In this document: positions 1 to 12,044 of the stretch, one piece after another
Layout: each line of letters starts with the position of its first letter
How positions within the stretch are numbered: position 1 is the first letter of the stretch
Source: Eledone cirrhosa
Taxonomy: Eukaryota
Reading direction: 5' to 3'
Length of the DNA: 64,000 bases
Assembly: GCA_964016885.1 (NCBI GenBank)
Contig: OZ024741.1
Span: forward strand, 196,230,001 to 196,294,000
Made by a program: the position numbers and the translations under genes
Notes under the pieces: model-generated
Told to the model about the DNA's origin: nothing
Database searches by the model: none
Seen by the model: only the letters and a program-made list of their open reading frames with translations

Positions 1-226
1 GTCATAGCATAAACCGCGACTCACGGGAAGAGAATCTTACGTATGATAATACATCGAGATTCAATTAGTCAAGGTTCGATAATAGCTATTTAACACATGA
101 TAATCAAACCACGGTTACTTTATTGCTCGACTCACTGAGCACGCAAACTCAAAATTGCACACATTCATGTCATAGCGTAAACCTCGACTCACTGAAGAGA
201 ATCTTACGTATGATGATACATCGAGA
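1..226. repeat. Diverged direct duplication of a ~58-bp unit, 168 bp apart
   Basis: gtcatagc(a/g)taaacc(g/t)cgactcac..gaagagaatcttacgtatgat..tacatcgaga at 1 and at 169. Confidence 0.7.
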
Positions 227-471
227 GAAATAGTCCTCTGTGTTGTCATATCGTAATCCGATACTGTAACCCATATCACAATCCGATACTGTAATCCATA
301 CACAACAGTTCGAAATACATGACTACAACTTTGTATTTTTATAGTTCCTTCTAAATGTTGCACACACACATGCATACTCAGTCATACTATTTTTTTTTTC
401 ACTCTCCAAATTTCTCTACACTCGAAGTGTGGGCGCAGTACCCAGATTTTGTGGGTTTTGGGACACGCTTC

Positions 472-2495
472 GGCATACGTCAAGACGGGCGGTCTCAAAA
501 GTGAAACTAACTTTTGACTATTACGCAAGTGATTACTTTCAATTTGGATTGTGAATTGTTTGTTTTTTTACAACAGGTCTCTATAGTGATATGGTGTTAA
601 TTAGTATTACGTGTACGTGATTTATTTTATTTTTTTTTGTGTGTATTGTGTGTACGGAAAATTCTTTTTTAAATAATGACATTGTGTGTTGAAAGAAATA
701 CATTTTTTTTAAATAACTACATAGTTATACGTTTGTTGCATATAACATATAAATTGACGTACCTTATGAAAATCCTTATTACACCGTATAAATAGCTGAA
801 ATACAGTTGATCATCTCGCCAAACTTGTTGACACCAACTCTCTGCCGCCAAAGAAATTCAGCTAAATATGAGGGGAATAAAGCATCGCTTGTCCCATGCT
901 GTCGACGAAACTTTTTCTTTGCACGGCTCCATGTGTTCTCTATGAGTTGTGTGTGCACATTAGGGTCTTCAGGATCTACAAAGTTCCGTTGGTGCACAAC
1001 AACATCATGGAGGTAAATGCCACCTTGAATTTCTTCAATATCCTAATAGGAAGCCCAACCATCGGACATGATGTGGCTTCCTGGCAAAATCCATTGCTGT
1101 ATGATGGGGACAAGAGTCTCACGGCTTCGATCTGGGACTTCGATGAGGCAGCAGCGTCCAGAATGGCGTTCTACAGCGCCGAAGACCCAGTGGCCTTGTC
1201 TCCACTGGCCACGATGATACTTTCTATGAAAGTATTTTGATTCGTCGATCTCTACAATGATCGACGAACCATTCTCATCGAATCCTCCAAGCTGTTTAGG
1301 ATTCGCCTCCAAATACTGCTCACAAATTTCTCTAAGGAAATTGCACCAGTCTATAATTGTCGGCTTGCTCATCTCAGTTTGGGCATGATCGTAGCACCAC
1401 ATATAGATAATGCTAATAAGGTGTTCGAGTCGAACACGGCTTCGATAAAATATAGAATTCCGTCGCACCGATTGACTAAATTTGTCGCGGCCGCATCGCC
1501 ATCTCCATTTATCAATCCCCTCAGAATATCTTTGCAATGTGCACGCCTCATTGCAGACAGGACAATTCACACTGTTCGCCAACAGACGCCGACTCGCCAA
1601 CCACTGTAACATACACAACGTGTCACCGTGTATCGCCGGACACAGTGTATACACTGTTTCAAAATGATTAATAATGGCATTGGTATCCAAAATATCTTCA
1701 ACTAAGGTAACGCGACCATACACTCGTCCAGCCATATTTGATGTGACACTGTATTAGAATCCAGCCCTTCGGTGCTTCGTTTTAAAAAAAAAAAAATTTC
1801 CCCAGCCCTTCTGACGCCAATCTGCCTTTCTGACCCCAAGCTGCCCCTCTGACCCAAATCCCTTATCATTCTCTGTCCTTCTTATGACCCTACCTTAATT
1901 TCTTTGGGGACAGAGAGTTGGTGCCAACAAGTTTGGCGAGATGATCAACTGTATTTCAGCAATTTATAGGGTGTAATAAGGATTTTCAATATTTATTTAT
2001 TTCAACACACAATGTCATTATTTAAAAAAAAAACCATACAATTGTGTACATGCATATATATATACATCTACAAATTCATACAAATGTGTATGTGTGCATA
2101 AATATATATATACATACACATATATATATATACAGACACATATATATACACACAAACACACATATATATACACACAAACACATATATACACACAAACATA
2201 TATATACGTCTAAACCCATGCTTGCGTGGAAGATAGACGTTAAACAATGATGATGACACAAACACATATATATATACAAACACAGATATATATATATATA
2301 CATACACACACACATATATATACACACATATACACACCCACACATATATATATATATATTAAGAAATCCATACAATTGCGTGTGTCTGCATTATACTTTC
2401 ACTATTGAGACCTGTTGTAAAAAAACAAACAAATTCACAGTCGTAACTGTCAAAAGTTAGTTTCACTTTTGAGACCGCCCGTCTTGACGTATGCC
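472..2495 (-). mobile_element. Merlin (IS1016/ISXO2-like) DNA transposon, full length
   Basis: TIR ggcatacgtcaagacgggcggtctcaaaagtgaaactaacttttgac at 472 and its reverse complement ending at 2495; exact 8-bp TSD cacgcttc at 464-471 and 2496-2503; DDE transposase inside. Confidence 0.93.
779..1735 (-). pseudogene. ISXO2-like/Merlin DDE transposase with one in-frame stop
   Basis: CPVC..C zinc ribbon, VEIDES, WVFGAVER, IMSDGWASY, HTQLIENTW, YLAEFLWR; ORFs 1043-1735 and 779-997 are in one frame, separated by TAG at 1043-1045 (ASY*DIEEIQGGIYLHDVVVHQRNF). Confidence 0.88.
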
Positions 2496-3742
2496 CACGC
2501 TTCTAGGAATCAGATTCCACTTCCCCTTTTATAATCGATCGCTGCTCCAGCATCGATCTGGGTAGGGAACTAATGTAGCGAAATCTGTCCGTGCCTTATA
2601 CTTTGGGTGATACCTAAAGGTTAAATTTTAGGTCACCACATTTATTGTGTTAACAAGTTCAGGTTGGGGGACAGGAAGTGACAGCTGTATACAGACCATG
2701 TACAAGCCATCCCACACAGAGACATCGAAGCGATAGCATATACAACTAAATATGTAAGGATTACTGCTATCAACAGACCCCTTTGGTCTACCAACAGACC
2801 CCATGAAGTCTACAGATACACTCACAGCGATTGGAACCCTGCTATACAGAACATAAATGTGGAAGATTCACGTTGTATGCAGTTCACGGTATTTCTCAGA
2901 TACTACAGACCATTCAGAGCTATACATACCATACTCTCTAACACGGTCTAACAACTATTACCAAGAATTCCAACAACAACAATTATATGTAACTCGTTGT
3001 TTTAAGACCGACAACAACAACAGACTTCAACAGTCTACACTTCAACAACAAAATAATATTGTCAATCTTTGCAACTTATGGTAACTTGTTTATTGTACCT
3101 TTGAATTCACGTGAAGTAAACTATATAAATCAAATCTTATATTCTTATATTCTTTATATTATATTCATGTTATCTCTTCTAACAACATTGTTATTATCAT
3201 AACAACTAAATAACCAACATATCTATTCGATACATATTACCATACTATCCATTATATAAACATATCTAAATTTACATTTATTACCTTTCGTTAAAGTTAC
3301 ATACACTTCATTTACTTATCAGAAGGTATATGTGTATCATCCAATCAACCACGAAGAATTTGATGGGTATATATACTCGTCCGCTTTTAGTATTATTCTA
3401 AAATGGACATACTAATTTGCATATAATTAATGATCATGTTAGTAATTAATCAAGAAATATAGTAAGAAGTGTGCTAGCAGCCAAAGTGTATGATAAACTT
3501 ATATCTGTCTAAATACAGAGTGGGTAACCGAGACTGCACCAACGTGTATACATATTTATACATATCTAATATTTAGGCATGTAAACATACCAGAAAATAC
3601 GAATTTCCCAGTAAATTGAATAAATGATAAACACTTTTAATCGATTTTCGAATCTAATTGGACACTCGTATATATAACTTTATCATACACATATTACTTA
3701 AAAATACAACTTGACTGCTAGTGCACTTTGTTCAGTACCTCG

Positions 3743-3831
3743 AGTTAGCCACTTGGCTGTGAAAATCCTCATAATCTGTCTTGTAAATTATAAGGCAGAT
3801 TATGAGGATTTTCACAGCCAAGTGGCTAACT
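3743..3831. repeat. Near-perfect palindrome (36-bp perfect arms)
   Basis: agttagccacttggctgtgaaaatcctcataatctg (3743-3778) and exact reverse complement at 3796-3831. Confidence 0.9.
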
Positions 3832-4029
3832 TCAGAGAACTGACGTTCATGAATTGTAAGTATGGAAAGACGCCAGTGAAACAATCACTACTCTAAATAG
3901 ACAATTGCTTCATTTGGCATGATAACGAGTAGGAGGGGGTGGATATCCATCAATAGCATGGGAGGTACAGTAATAACTGCTATTAAAGGTGCAATGGGAT
4001 TTTAGTGGGATTGTGATGTTGGATAGATA

Positions 4030-4366
4030 TGTAGCAGTGGCCTCCCTTGTTGTGACTCACAACCCCAATAGATTAACAACATCTAGACGGGAAGTAGAAC
4101 CCTTTCTGTAACTTCCGGTCAGAACCCTATAAAACTAACAACTTTAAGTTCTCACTCTCTCATTAGCCCTTCCGGCGCCTGGCCATCGCCAGGCGTCTTC
4201 TGCCAGCCTGCGTTTGCCTGGCAATCAAAACGGTAACTACTAACTTTGCTTCATTCTTTCGTTTATTCATTGACATGTCAACTATACTGTTAAATTGTTG
4301 ATTAAATATTATACACACAAACCATGTCTCCTTGTTACATTCATACAACCCAGTATCTTCGCTATA
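4030..4366 (+). mobile_element. Solo LTR (Gypsy-like)
   Basis: Starts tgtagc, ends gctata (decayed gctaca); 4-bp TSD gata at 4026-4029 and 4367-4370; shares tctagac(a)gggaagtag and gaaccct..aacttccgg with the LTRs at 6630/10765; tataaaa box. Confidence 0.7.
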
Positions 4367-4413
4367 GATACATAGTGTGAGTGTTAGGATTTAAGAGGGC
4401 TGGGGTGTTGATC

Positions 4414-4925
4414 CTAAGAGTGAATGGAATGGGTGGGGTATTGCTGTTTATACTCATACATCATACAATCTGCCCTTCCTTTCTGGGAAAAACCTTTTGT
4501 AGCTAGCAGCAGTAGTGGTTCCCTGAACTTCTTCCATCCTGTTCCTATTCTCACTCTGGCTATTGTACTTTTGGAACACCCACCTACACTGCTAATTTGG
4601 TCACCCAGGTAACAGAACCTGTCAACTACTTCTATGGAACCCACTAAGAATTCGATAGAACTTGTTTCCTGTGAGCACTTGCTCCTATGCATTATCCACA
4701 TGTAAAAACCTACGTTCTTTGCTAACCTGCCCGAGATCCCACTAAATCTCTTGTGTACACACAGTTTGCATTTGGAACAAAGGATAGAATTTCTACCCAG
4801 CCCTTTCCTACACACTGAAGGGATCAGGGCCTTGGTTTCTTTTCTATTTACTAGAACTTTAGTCTTTGCCAAGTTGACTTTAAAACCTTTTGATTCTAAG
4901 TAATGCATCCAGGCCAGAATTTTTT
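4414..4925 (-). mobile_element. RTE LINE fragment (RT C-terminal/Cys-His region)
   Basis: LESKGFKVNLAKTKVL, CRKGLGRNSILCSKC, FCYLGD, GWKKFRE; homologous to the ORF at 58233-60956. Confidence 0.85.
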
Positions 4926-5199
4926 CTCACACTGGTCTCTGTTAGTGGAACATGTAGTTTAAATAAACTGTGCACAGTTCTACCTCACAGCAGCAGAGTA
5001 GATATTATACCGGTCCAAGTACCACAGCATACCTGATAGTTACTCATCTGGAGGTGAAAAATCAATGTATTGAACAGGTATGCTTTGCCACACCCTCCAG
5101 GTACATCTACATAGACGCAGGAATGTGCAGGTCTTTCACTTTTTTCTTCTCAGTTGAACAGCATCAATTACAGCATCAGCAATCATTTGTTGCTCTTCA

Positions 5200-6035
5200 G
5201 TAAGAATCAATATCAGGGACGTTGATGTCAACTTGAGGTAGGTCCAGTTTTGTGCAGTTGGTAACATTTTCAATCAATATTGCGTTAATGTAACCAAGTG
5301 CCATATTTTCAGCTTGCTAACCATCTTTTCTTTGATACAAATAGTTCTCAATCATTGATTCCTTATGAGAGTTCCATAATTGCAGTGCATTGGCTGACAT
5401 AATAAACGTACAGAGCAGCAAACATCATACGGAGTTGTGCTGGTATGTGGTAGGTAGCAGTTTCCTGCAGAGCTTGGCTTAAGTAGTCAACATTTTCAAT
5501 AAGACCAAGTCGCAAGTTGGAAATGTTTCTCCCTCCACTGTTTGTTGTTCTTCAAAACTCTTAGGGCCTGGCACGTGAAGTAGCAATACTCTTAAATAAA
5601 TTTTTTCAACAACTCTGGGGCTGACTGTGTACATTCTACTAATGGTATTATTGTTCCATCTTCTTGGAATCCATTTTCTGTTGGTTTCATTAAACACATG
5701 GTGTTCTGGAATTTCTGGAGACAGGTATTTGCTTGCATTTTTATCTTCTTCATTTGGCTTGAACCAGACAGTAAAGATCGTGTTTCAGTGCCCCTTCCTT
5801 TCTACTGCGACCTGAGCATTGCCTCTTTGAAAGTAAACTCTGTTCTCCAGGTATATAGCTAGCCTGTACACTGTACGTTATGTACCATGACATGAAGACG
5901 CTACACTGCTTCTGGTGGAGACACATACCTGCAACCTAGATAGTTTCTTATTTCATCATGGTTGTGTTGGCTCTGAGCTTCATTGGGTAATGCATTATTC
6001 GTTACTTCTATCGACGCACAATCATGCCCCTTGTA
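5200..6035 (-). mobile_element. Decayed Helitron Rep/helicase fragment
   Basis: ISRMYTVSPRVVEKIYLRVLLLHVPGPKSFEE..TVEG resembles the Helitron RepHel linker motif (RMY.V.P...E.YYLRLLL.HV.GP.SF..L.TV.G); ends approximate. Confidence 0.75.
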
Positions 6036-6453
6036 AACATATGAGGTCATTATATATCTTCTTACACACTTATACTAACACAAACACATACAGACATACA
6101 TTCACACAAACACACAAACATAAATATACATCTACACAATAATCATCACATACACAGCGTTCTACGTACGAATTATGTATGAGTATATGAATATAAACGC
6201 ACAAAAAACAAACACACACATACTAACACAAACACATACAGACATACATTCACACACAGAGCGTTTCACCACCCACTTCATTCCTCAGTTGTCACATAGA
6301 TGTATGTAATAATTATTCATGCGTGCGTGCGTAACGTACTAAGGCGTAACGTACATTACAAACATAGGAAACAAAAGCAGAATTATAGTAAAAGCTGTCG
6401 CTATGCTGCTGGTAAAATACACACACAAACAACCCAAAACATAACTATATGTA

Positions 6454-6622
6454 TTAGAGGGTCGGACGCCATGCTTTGCAGCGAAGAGTTACGGCCCTTT
6501 ATGGTCTGAGTTCAAATACCGCCAAGGTTAACTTTGCCTTTCATCCTTACGGGGACGATAAAATAGAGCACCAGTAATACATTGGGATAATTGCTGGCCT
6601 TGTGCCAAAAGTAGAAACAATT
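6454..6622 (+). mobile_element. tRNA-derived SINE with Nin-type domain
   Basis: B-box-like gagttcaaat, tttgcctttcatcct..gggg.cgataaaata, tail ggccttgtgccaaaagtagaaacaatt; several copies in window. Confidence 0.8.
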
Positions 6623-7348
6623 ATATATATTTAGTGTTCTGCCAGACCCAGGGTTATTTACTCGAGTAAATGTCACCGGAATCTAACTACTAAATTTTAT
6701 ACAGAAAAGGATAAGATATTTTACAAAACACCATATCGAATACAAGTCTTCATTTTTATTGTAGCTCCGTTATAATTGTTGTACACAAATATTCCCGTAC
6801 ATAATTATGTATAGTCCAGATCCATGATAGGTGGTTAGAGAAAATTTAACATGTTTATCTTCAGTGTTGTCGGTTCGAAGCAAGGCGCCAGAGAGAGAGA
6901 GAGCTTGGCTGCCTTGGCGCTATTTATATCCTCTTTCCGGAAGTTGCAAAGAGGGTTCTAGACTTTCGACGGGAAGTAACTCTAGCTACTTCCCTGTCTA
7001 GAGAGCGCTACAAGACTCCTCTCTCAGACGAGAAGTCGAATGACCAAATGAAATCATTGTAGCGAGAACATGAGGAGCAAAACAAAAGGTACAAGAACAT
7101 GAATGAATAAAACATGAGCAAGCAAATAGCAAAATGAGCATAAAACAAGTAATGCATTTTTACAAAGAATGTTTGAATGTAACGAATGATACATCATAGT
7201 CATACAAAGGAGCAGAGAATATTGATGCTCAATGGTAAAATCAATGTTTTTCAAAGTCAAATAGTTCAAACATCACTAGTGTACAGACTTTTCTGACACT
7301 AGTTCTATCTGAAACTGAAAAAGGAAGTTTGTTAAATGCCACTAGGGG

Positions 7349-10300
7349 TTAAATGTATATAGTTTTTGAGAGTTTACGTGGCCATTTTACCGTCCTGACA
7401 CCTCGTGTGACATAAGGTTGTGTGGTATGTAGTGTTTGCGGTGGAGGTGAAAGTGTTGGTGTAGGAGTGTATGTACGAGGTGTATCAGGCAGTGTGATGA
7501 GACTTTCGGAGAAAGCCTTTTTTGCTCTGTCAATGGATATTGTCTCTTTTCGGCCATTGACAGCCACTGTGAAATGTTTGGGTGTGTGCGAAAGCACACG
7601 AAAAGGTCCAGTATAAAGTGACGTAAGAGGTTCCTTGACGGAATCATTCCGTATGAAAATGTGTGTCCACGTAGAGATGTCCGATGGGACAGCAGAAGAA
7701 ATAGTTTGGTCACGAGGGTTACTCGGTGGAAGATCCGAGAAATACGAACGAATCCTAGTGACATATGATGCTGGGTCAAGATGTGATGAATCCACTGGTG
7801 CTAATATTTGTCCAGGAAGAGACAATGTGGTACCATAAAGAAGTTCAGCAGAAGAAACACCTAAATATGTCTTAATGGCAGCACGACAACCAAGAAGGCA
7901 AAAATTCAGTCCAACGTTGTAGATCAGGAGTAGCGCGAAGTGCAGCTTTCAACTGTCTATGAAACCTCTCTATCATTCCATTGTAGGCTGGGTGATAGCT
8001 GGTCGTATGGATGTGATGAGCACCCAAGAGTCGTGATATTTCACGAAATAAGGAAGCCTCAAATTGGCGTCCCCGATCCGTAGTTATTTTAGTAGGAACA
8101 CCGAAACGAGCAATCTAATTGAAAATGAAAGCTCGGGTAACGGACTCTGCTGTTATGTCCACTAGGGGTATGGCTTCAGGCCACCGAGAGAAACGATTGA
8201 TACAAGTCAATATGTATGTGAACCCACGACTAACGGTCATTAAACGACGCATATTAGGCCAGAAGAATCGAGCCGTAATAAGCTTCACCGTGGCAGCTAT
8301 GCCAGGATGTGACAAGGAATGAAGTGCATCAAAAACGGTACGTTGATGACAATCTGGAACAAGTGGTCTGGGTGAGCCAGTAGAAACATCGCAGAGAATT
8401 TTCCCTTCAGAAGATGGAAGAGGTAAATATCCCAATTTGCAGCAGGAGAACTGGTCAGAGGAAATGTCCAGCGAATCCAAAGTAGGTTGGTCAGTTGCAA
8501 TGGCAACTAAATCGATATGTGCAGGAGACGCAAGAGAACACATAGAAAGTCGAGATAGTGCGTCCGCAGGTATGTTGGAAGTTCCAGCTATGTGACGGAT
8601 GTCACTGGTATACTGTGAGATGAGATCCAGATGCCTATACGCTCTCGGAGAGTACTTGTCGGACTTGGATTGTAAAGCGAACATTAACGGTTTGTGGTCC
8701 GTGAATATCGTGAACTCCCGCCCCTCCAAAAGGCGGTGGAAGTGTTTGACGGCAAGATAAATCGCCAAAACTTCTCTGTCAAAGGTGCTCTATCTCTGTT
8801 CTGCTGGTTTTAATTGGCGAGAGAAAAATGCCAATGGTTGAACTTGGTAATCGATTACATGATGTAAAACTGCGCCAACAGCACGATCAGATGCATCAAC
8901 AGATAAGGAAAGTCTCGCATTTGCAACAGGATGGGCAAGGAGGGAAACTTTAGCTAGCTCAGACTTGACGGATTTAAAAGACTGCAATGCATCGGCAGAA
9001 AGTGAAATTTGTTCATCTTTCTTTTTTTGCAGCCCTTAAAAACTGTGTCAAGGGGAATAACTTGTCCGCACAGTTAGGAATAAAGCGACGATAAAAGTTA
9101 ATTAATCCTAAAAAATGGCGTAATTGTTTCAAGGATGTTGGTGGTGCTAATTGCTGAATCGCTTCTACTTTAGCTGGCAAAGGACGAATGCCTTCTGAAT
9201 CTATAAGGTGTCCAAGGAATTCCAGTGAATCTGTACCAAACACACATTTAGCTGGGTTGATTCTGACTTGGTACGATTGGAGACGTTGAAATAACTGGGA
9301 TAGATGTTGATGATGGTGTTCATCCGAATCACTGGCTATCAGGAGATCATCAGCGTAAGTAAACTCAAAATCCAAACCACGCGTGATTTCATCGATAAAA
9401 CGCTGGAACGTACTAGAAGCATTCTGCAAACCAAAAGGCATGGATAGGAATTCAAACGAACCAAAAGGGGTGGTCACAGCTGTTTTTGGTATGACTTCCA
9501 GATGCATGGATATTTGATGGTAAGCGCGTACCAGATCTATTTTAGAAAATATCTTGCATCCATGCAGAGCGGATGAAAAATCCTGTAAATTTGCGAGCCA
9601 AATGAAGCGGGGATGCCCATGGGCTGGTGGACAGTCGTATAAGACCAAGCTGAAGCATGTGATCGAACTCATCCCTGGCTTTTTTAGCCTGTCTGGAGCC
9701 AGCCTACGTGGCCGAGAAAAAACAGGCGGAGCAGTTGTTGTAATAAAATGTCGAGTCGAGTGGATTACTTGGTTCGGTTTAAATGAAATGTCAGTTAACT
9801 CGGGAAACGAGGCAAGAAGAGAATGAAACTGGTTTCCAGAGGCAGCTATAAAACACGCGGGACTTATGGTGGCAACAGTAGAACCACGAGCAGGCGTAGA
9901 TAAAGGTGTGGTGCCATCCACAAGTTTCTGTTTCCTGACATCTACTAACAGTGAGTAGTGGTGTAAAAAATCCGCTCCGAGAATAGCGTGGGGTAGGTCC
10001 GCTACAACGAAAATCCATTTGAAATCCCGACGCAAAGCTAGGTTCAATGATAGAGATATTTGTCCATAAGTTTTTATAGGAGACTGGTTTACTGCATACA
10101 AGGAAATACCTGAAAAATTTGGCTTGGTACAGCTGAAACGAAGGGGCCAAATACTGCAGCTAGATCCTGTGTCGACTATAAACGATTTGTTTGAAATTCG
10201 ATCTTTTATGAAAAAGGCACGATAAGGAGAATTAATGGGGGAGAGATCTGCCGTGCCCAGATTCTCCAGGTTTAGTTTTCCGAAGTCCCGAAAGAGCAGG

Positions 10301-10555
10301 GTTGAATACAATGATTCGCCTTTTCACGAAAATGCACGTGATACCAACATAAAGACGAGTTGTTGGCGGGGGTTTTGGCGCGACGATGAAAAGAAGGAGA
10401 ACGACTTCGTGGACGCCATCTGGAATGTGTTCGTTCCCGACACAGTTTAGTCACTTGACGAGTTAGCGCGCCAATGGCTCTCAATATAGAGTCCTTACGA
10501 GGTGGAACAGGCTGTGCTTTAAAAGTAGAAGAATTGCTCATCATGAATGTAGTAC
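7349..10555 (-). pseudogene. Gypsy gag/pol remnants (gag C-terminus, protease, RT, RNase H, integrase)
   Basis: LCWYH..F...A..C..PC (gag), IVDTGS (PR), FSKIDLVRAYHQI/MPFGL/YADD (RT), VDASDRAVGAVL (RH), HSLSHPG and YTGPF (IN); multiple frameshifts and deletions. Confidence 0.9.
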
Positions 10556-10589
10556 ACACACAAACAACCCAAAACATAACTATATGTAT

Positions 10590-10757
10590 TAGAGGGTCGG
10601 ACGCCATGCTTTGCAGCGAAGAGTTACGGCCCATTATGGTCTGAGTTCAAATACCGCCAAGGTTAACTTTGCCTTTCATCCTTACGGGGTCGATAAAATA
10701 GAGCACCAGTAATACACTGGGATAATTGCTGGCCTTGTGCCAAAAGTAGAAACAATT
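10590..10757 (+). mobile_element. Nin-type SINE (duplicate of 6454 copy)
   Basis: Near-identical to 6454-6622 including flanks. Confidence 0.8.
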
Positions 10758-11557
10758 ATATATATTTAGTGTTCTGCCAGACCCAGGGTTATTTACTCGA
10801 GTAAATGTCACCGGAATCTAACTACTAAATTTTATACAGAAAAGGATAAGATATTTTACAAAACACCATATCGAATACAAGTCTTCATTTTTATTGTAGC
10901 TCCGTTATAATTGTTGTACACAAATATTCCCGTACATAATTATGTATAGTCCAGATCCATGATAGGTGGTTAGAGAAAATTTAACATGTTTATCTTCAGT
11001 GTTGTCGGTTCGAAGCAAGGCGCCAAAGAGAGAGAAAGCTTGGCTGCCTTGCCGCTATTTATATCCTCTTTCCGGAAGTTGCAAAGAGGGTTCTAGACTT
11101 TCAACTTTCTAGCTACTTCCCTGTCTAGAGAGCGCTACATATATATATAAATACATATGTGACGACAAACATCATGGTCTTTTTTTTTTAAGTCTGTGTT
11201 ACCTTATGTTGGACGCGTGTGCACGAGCATAGGCATGTTGCACTTAAAACACTCAAGTAAACTTCAAAGAAAACGTTTCCTAATGAAAGATATTGAAATA
11301 CTCTCAGGTCCTCCCAAATAATAGGGAGTGGTGGAATAAGCTAGGGGTGGTGGTGGACATTTTCTTAAACTCTTATAAGTGGTGGTGGGAGGATCGGTAA
11401 TTGTATAGTGTACGTTCGTAAATATGGGATTTCTTGTAATGTTCTTTTTTTGGCATATATGTTTTTATTAATGTAAAATAAAATTATTAGATTCTCCAGC
11501 TGCTGTATTGATATGAATCACAATAAAATTTCGCCAGGGATAGATTAGCAAAATTTA

Positions 11558-11735
11558 ATTGTCTCTACTTTAGGCACAAGGCCAGCAATTACCTAGTGCA
11601 TTACTGGTATTTTATTTTATCGACCCTGTAAGGATGAAAGGCAAAGTCAATCTCGGCGGGATTTGAACTCAGATCGTAAAGGGACGTAACTATGCTGGAA
11701 AGCATGGCGTCCGACCCTCTACTGCCAATCCACTG
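11558..11735 (-). mobile_element. Nin-type SINE
   Basis: Reverse complement of the same family (ggcacaaggccagcaat..tttatcgaccc..ggatgaaaggcaaag..gatttgaactcag). Confidence 0.8.
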
Positions 11736-12044
11736 AGCAAAATTTAATAAGCATGAGCTGGGGGTGGAATAAAAGCGGGGGCAGAGAGAATCTAAAGCAT
11801 TAATAAGCGGGGGTGGGGAAGAGAAACGGTTATTCAAGACCTGAGAGTATGTCAATTTATTATGTCACTGTATTGTTGAATTACACTTTAAACTATCTAA
11901 CTTTCACATACACACACTATCTCTCTCTGTAATTCTCTCGCAACAATTTTTACTCCTTCCCTCCTTTTACATATGTTGTGACAGGGGTTATCTCCCCTGT
12001 TGATTCCTCCCCTTCTATATATATATATTGTAACTGACAGACAG

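Larger units (their letters stand above)
6630..11139 (-). mobile_element. Decayed Ty3/Gypsy LTR retrotransposon
   Basis: LTRs 6630-7012 and 10765-11139 (minus strand tgtagcgctct start, TATA box, AATAAA); polypurine tract gagagaggag at 7016-7025; gag-PR-RT-RH-IN order; TA flanks. Confidence 0.9.
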
